A DNA stretch of 64,000 nt from Thermoplasmata archaeon (lineage in GTDB: Archaea; Thermoplasmatota; Thermoplasmata; Lutacidiplasmatales; UBA184). The stretch covers positions 159 to 64,158 of the forward strand of contig JAJZGO010000002.1 in the NCBI GenBank assembly GCA_021798415.1, read 5' to 3'. This document shows, in pieces, positions 62,819 to 64,000 of this stretch. The translations under genes were made by a program, and so were the position numbers. Position 1 is the stretch's first letter, and each line of letters opens with the position of its first letter. The notes below the pieces were generated by a model. The model saw only the letters and a list, made by a program, of their open reading frames with translations. It was not told the origin of the DNA and did not search any database.

Positions 62819-63052
62819 TCACTCCGGGGTCAAATCTTCCACGTCGTCCAGGAACTCGTCGATGTGCGGGCAGCGGGCGGTCAGGTAGTGACGGCAGTGC
62901 TCGCAGCGTCGGTCGTTCCAGGCGGGCCGCAGAAGCTGGTTGAACTCGAAGCACTCCCGGTCGACGAACCGGTCCTCGTCGCCCTCCACGGGAAGGGTGG
63001 CGGAACGCGTCGCGAGGGGGGGGTGGACCGGGATCCGGAACGAGCCTCTCAC
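62819..63052 (-). CDS. Small Cys/His-rich hypothetical protein
   Basis: 77 aa; C-x15-C-x2-C-x7-C-P-H (ECFEF...CEHCRHYLTARCPH). Possibly zinc-binding. The overlap with the nadM start region makes it uncertain. Confidence 0.3.
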   Translation of the reverse strand: MRGSFRIPVHPPLATRSATLPVEGDEDRFVDRECFEFNQLLRPAWNDRRCEHCRHYLTARCPHIDEFLDDVEDLTPE

Positions 63053-64000
63053 GAGCCGGTCGGTCGCCCCGTGGAGGGTGGTGCTGGGGTCGCGGAGGCC
63101 GGGATCTCCTCGGGGGTGCGGCTCGTGGCCCGGACCATCGCGGAGAGGCGTTCGAGAAGCGACTCCTTCTGGCTCCCCTGGCCGACGAGCGCGTACTTGA
63201 GGACGTCCCGCAGCGTGCGCACCGGGATCACTTCGACCATGCCGCGATACTTCGCCTCGAGCACGAGGTCATCGAGGTTGTCCTCGGGGACGAGCACGCG
63301 CTTGATGCCCGAGTCGGCCGCCGCTTCGACCTTCGCGGTGACCCCGCCGACGGGCAGGACCTGGCCGCGGACGGACAGCGAGCCGGTCATCGCGACCGAC
63401 TGGTCGACGGGGACCCCTTCGAGCGCGCTGATGACCGCGGTCGCGATCGATACCGAGGCACTGTCGCCCTCGACCCCGTCCGACGTGCCGACGAACTGGA
63501 TGTGGATGTCGTAGCGCGAGATGTCCTCTCCCGTGTACTTCTTGATGAGCGCGCTCACGTTCTGGACCGCCTCGCGAGCGATCTCGCCGAGCTTGCCCGT
63601 GGCGACCACCACCCCGCCGTTGCGGGTCTGCGCCGGCGTCACCTCGGCCACGATCGGAAGGACGATCCCGGAGAACTCGGCCATGCCGGTCTGGGCGTTG
63701 ATCGCGGCGAGCCCGTTGACGACGCCGACCGCCGCCCCCTCGACCGAGAACATCCGGTACTCCTTGCGGCGCTCGATGTACCGGTCGGCGATCTGCTGCT
63801 CGAGCGAGCGGCTCGCTCGCTTCGCCCGCACGACCTGCTCGGCTTGGACGATCGAGACCCCCTCGGACAGCGCGATGTCCCCCGCGACGCGCACGAGACC
63901 GCCGAGCTCGCGCAGGCGCAGCGTGAGCTGCCCCGAGCGGCCCGACCGACGCTGGGCCTCGCGGATCACCTCCGTGATCGCGCCGAGGTCGAAGTGGGGG
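63049..64000 (-). CDS. lonB: Archaeal Lon protease (LonB), C-terminal proteolytic domain; gene continues beyond the window end
   Basis: GDSASVSIATAVISALEGVPVDQSVAMTGSLSVRGQVLPVGGVTAKVEAAADSGIKRVLVPEDN is the S16 Ser-Lys dyad domain. There is no stop before 64000, so the N-terminal AAA+ part lies off-window. Confidence 0.8.
   Translation of the reverse strand, partial: PHFDLGAITEVIREAQRRSGRSGQLTLRLRELGGLVRVAGDIALSEGVSIVQAEQVVRAKRASRSLEQQIADRYIERRKEYRMFSVEGAAVGVVNGLAAINAQTGMAEFSGIVLPIVAEVTPAQTRNGGVVVATGKLGEIAREAVQNVSALIKKYTGEDISRYDIHIQFVGTSDGVEGDSASVSIATAVISALEGVPVDQSVAMTGSLSVRGQVLPVGGVTAKVEAAADSGIKRVLVPEDNLDDLVLEAKYRGMVEVIPVRTLRDVLKYALVGQGSQKESLLERLSAMVRATSRTPEEIPASATPAPPSTGRPTGS

Noticed and set aside
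62199-62954. N-terminal 250-codon extension of the Cys/Met PLP enzyme ORF (61041..62954)
   Set aside because: The extension overlaps nadM (62267-62806), which has strong archaeal NMNAT motifs in another frame. The PLP-enzyme homology begins at GTG 62198.
1-64000. CRISPR arrays, rRNA genes, intact transposases or IS elements
   Set aside because: No regularly spaced direct repeats, no rRNA-like conserved stretches, and no DDE or serine-recombinase motifs were seen in any frame. The only mobile-element trace is the integrase C-terminal remnant next to tRNA-Thr.

Overview
This 64 kb window is about 70% GC and almost certainly archaeal. The evidence is archaeal-type MoaA, NMN adenylyltransferase NadM, LonB protease, tandem winged-HTH ArsR-like regulators, a tRNA without encoded CCA, and TATA-like AT islands (CTTAAG/TTTAAG) about 25-30 bp upstream of start codons, implying leaderless transcripts. 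All of this is read from the sequence by eye, so +/-1-3 nt coordinate slips are possible.

(1) Bases 2.1-23.5 kb are a cell-surface / glycosylation island. It holds five secreted proteins with C-terminal TM anchors and many N-x-S/T sequons, including a 1415-aa beta-helix giant, a PKD-domain protein and a halocyanin-like cupredoxin. It also holds GT2, GT2-nucleotidyltransferase fusion, GT4 and GT-C-like glycosyltransferases and two SAM methyltransferases.

(2) Inside that island a three-gene cassette is duplicated: a small 3-TM membrane protein, a translationally coupled tandem-wHTH regulator, and a secreted C-anchored protein. A roughly 35-bp promoter-like element (core ACGGTTACGGGTCTTGCGCCAAAAG) occurs three times: in front of both cassette surface genes and the divergent GT2 gene. 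This is the most novel-looking system in the window.

(3) Bases 24.6-39.4 kb carry a complete form-I aerobic CO dehydrogenase cluster. It has coxMSL with the AYRCSFR active-site signature, coxD, coxE, coxG, xdhC, moaA and a MocA-XdhC-YHS triple fusion, plus msrA, lysE, htrA and regulators.

(4) The right part holds an ABC transporter, two DNA-repair genes (AlkD-like and YcaQ/AlkZ-like), an ACE-like M2 peptidase, RNase H, cyclophilin, tRNA-Thr(CGT) abutting an integrase C-terminal remnant, a patch of small detox/stress genes with three VOC copies (two frameshifted), amt, a Cys/Met PLP enzyme, nadM and a partial lonB.

No CRISPR array, rRNA or intact transposase was seen. Many long ORFs in the track are antisense or alternative-frame artefacts of the high GC content.
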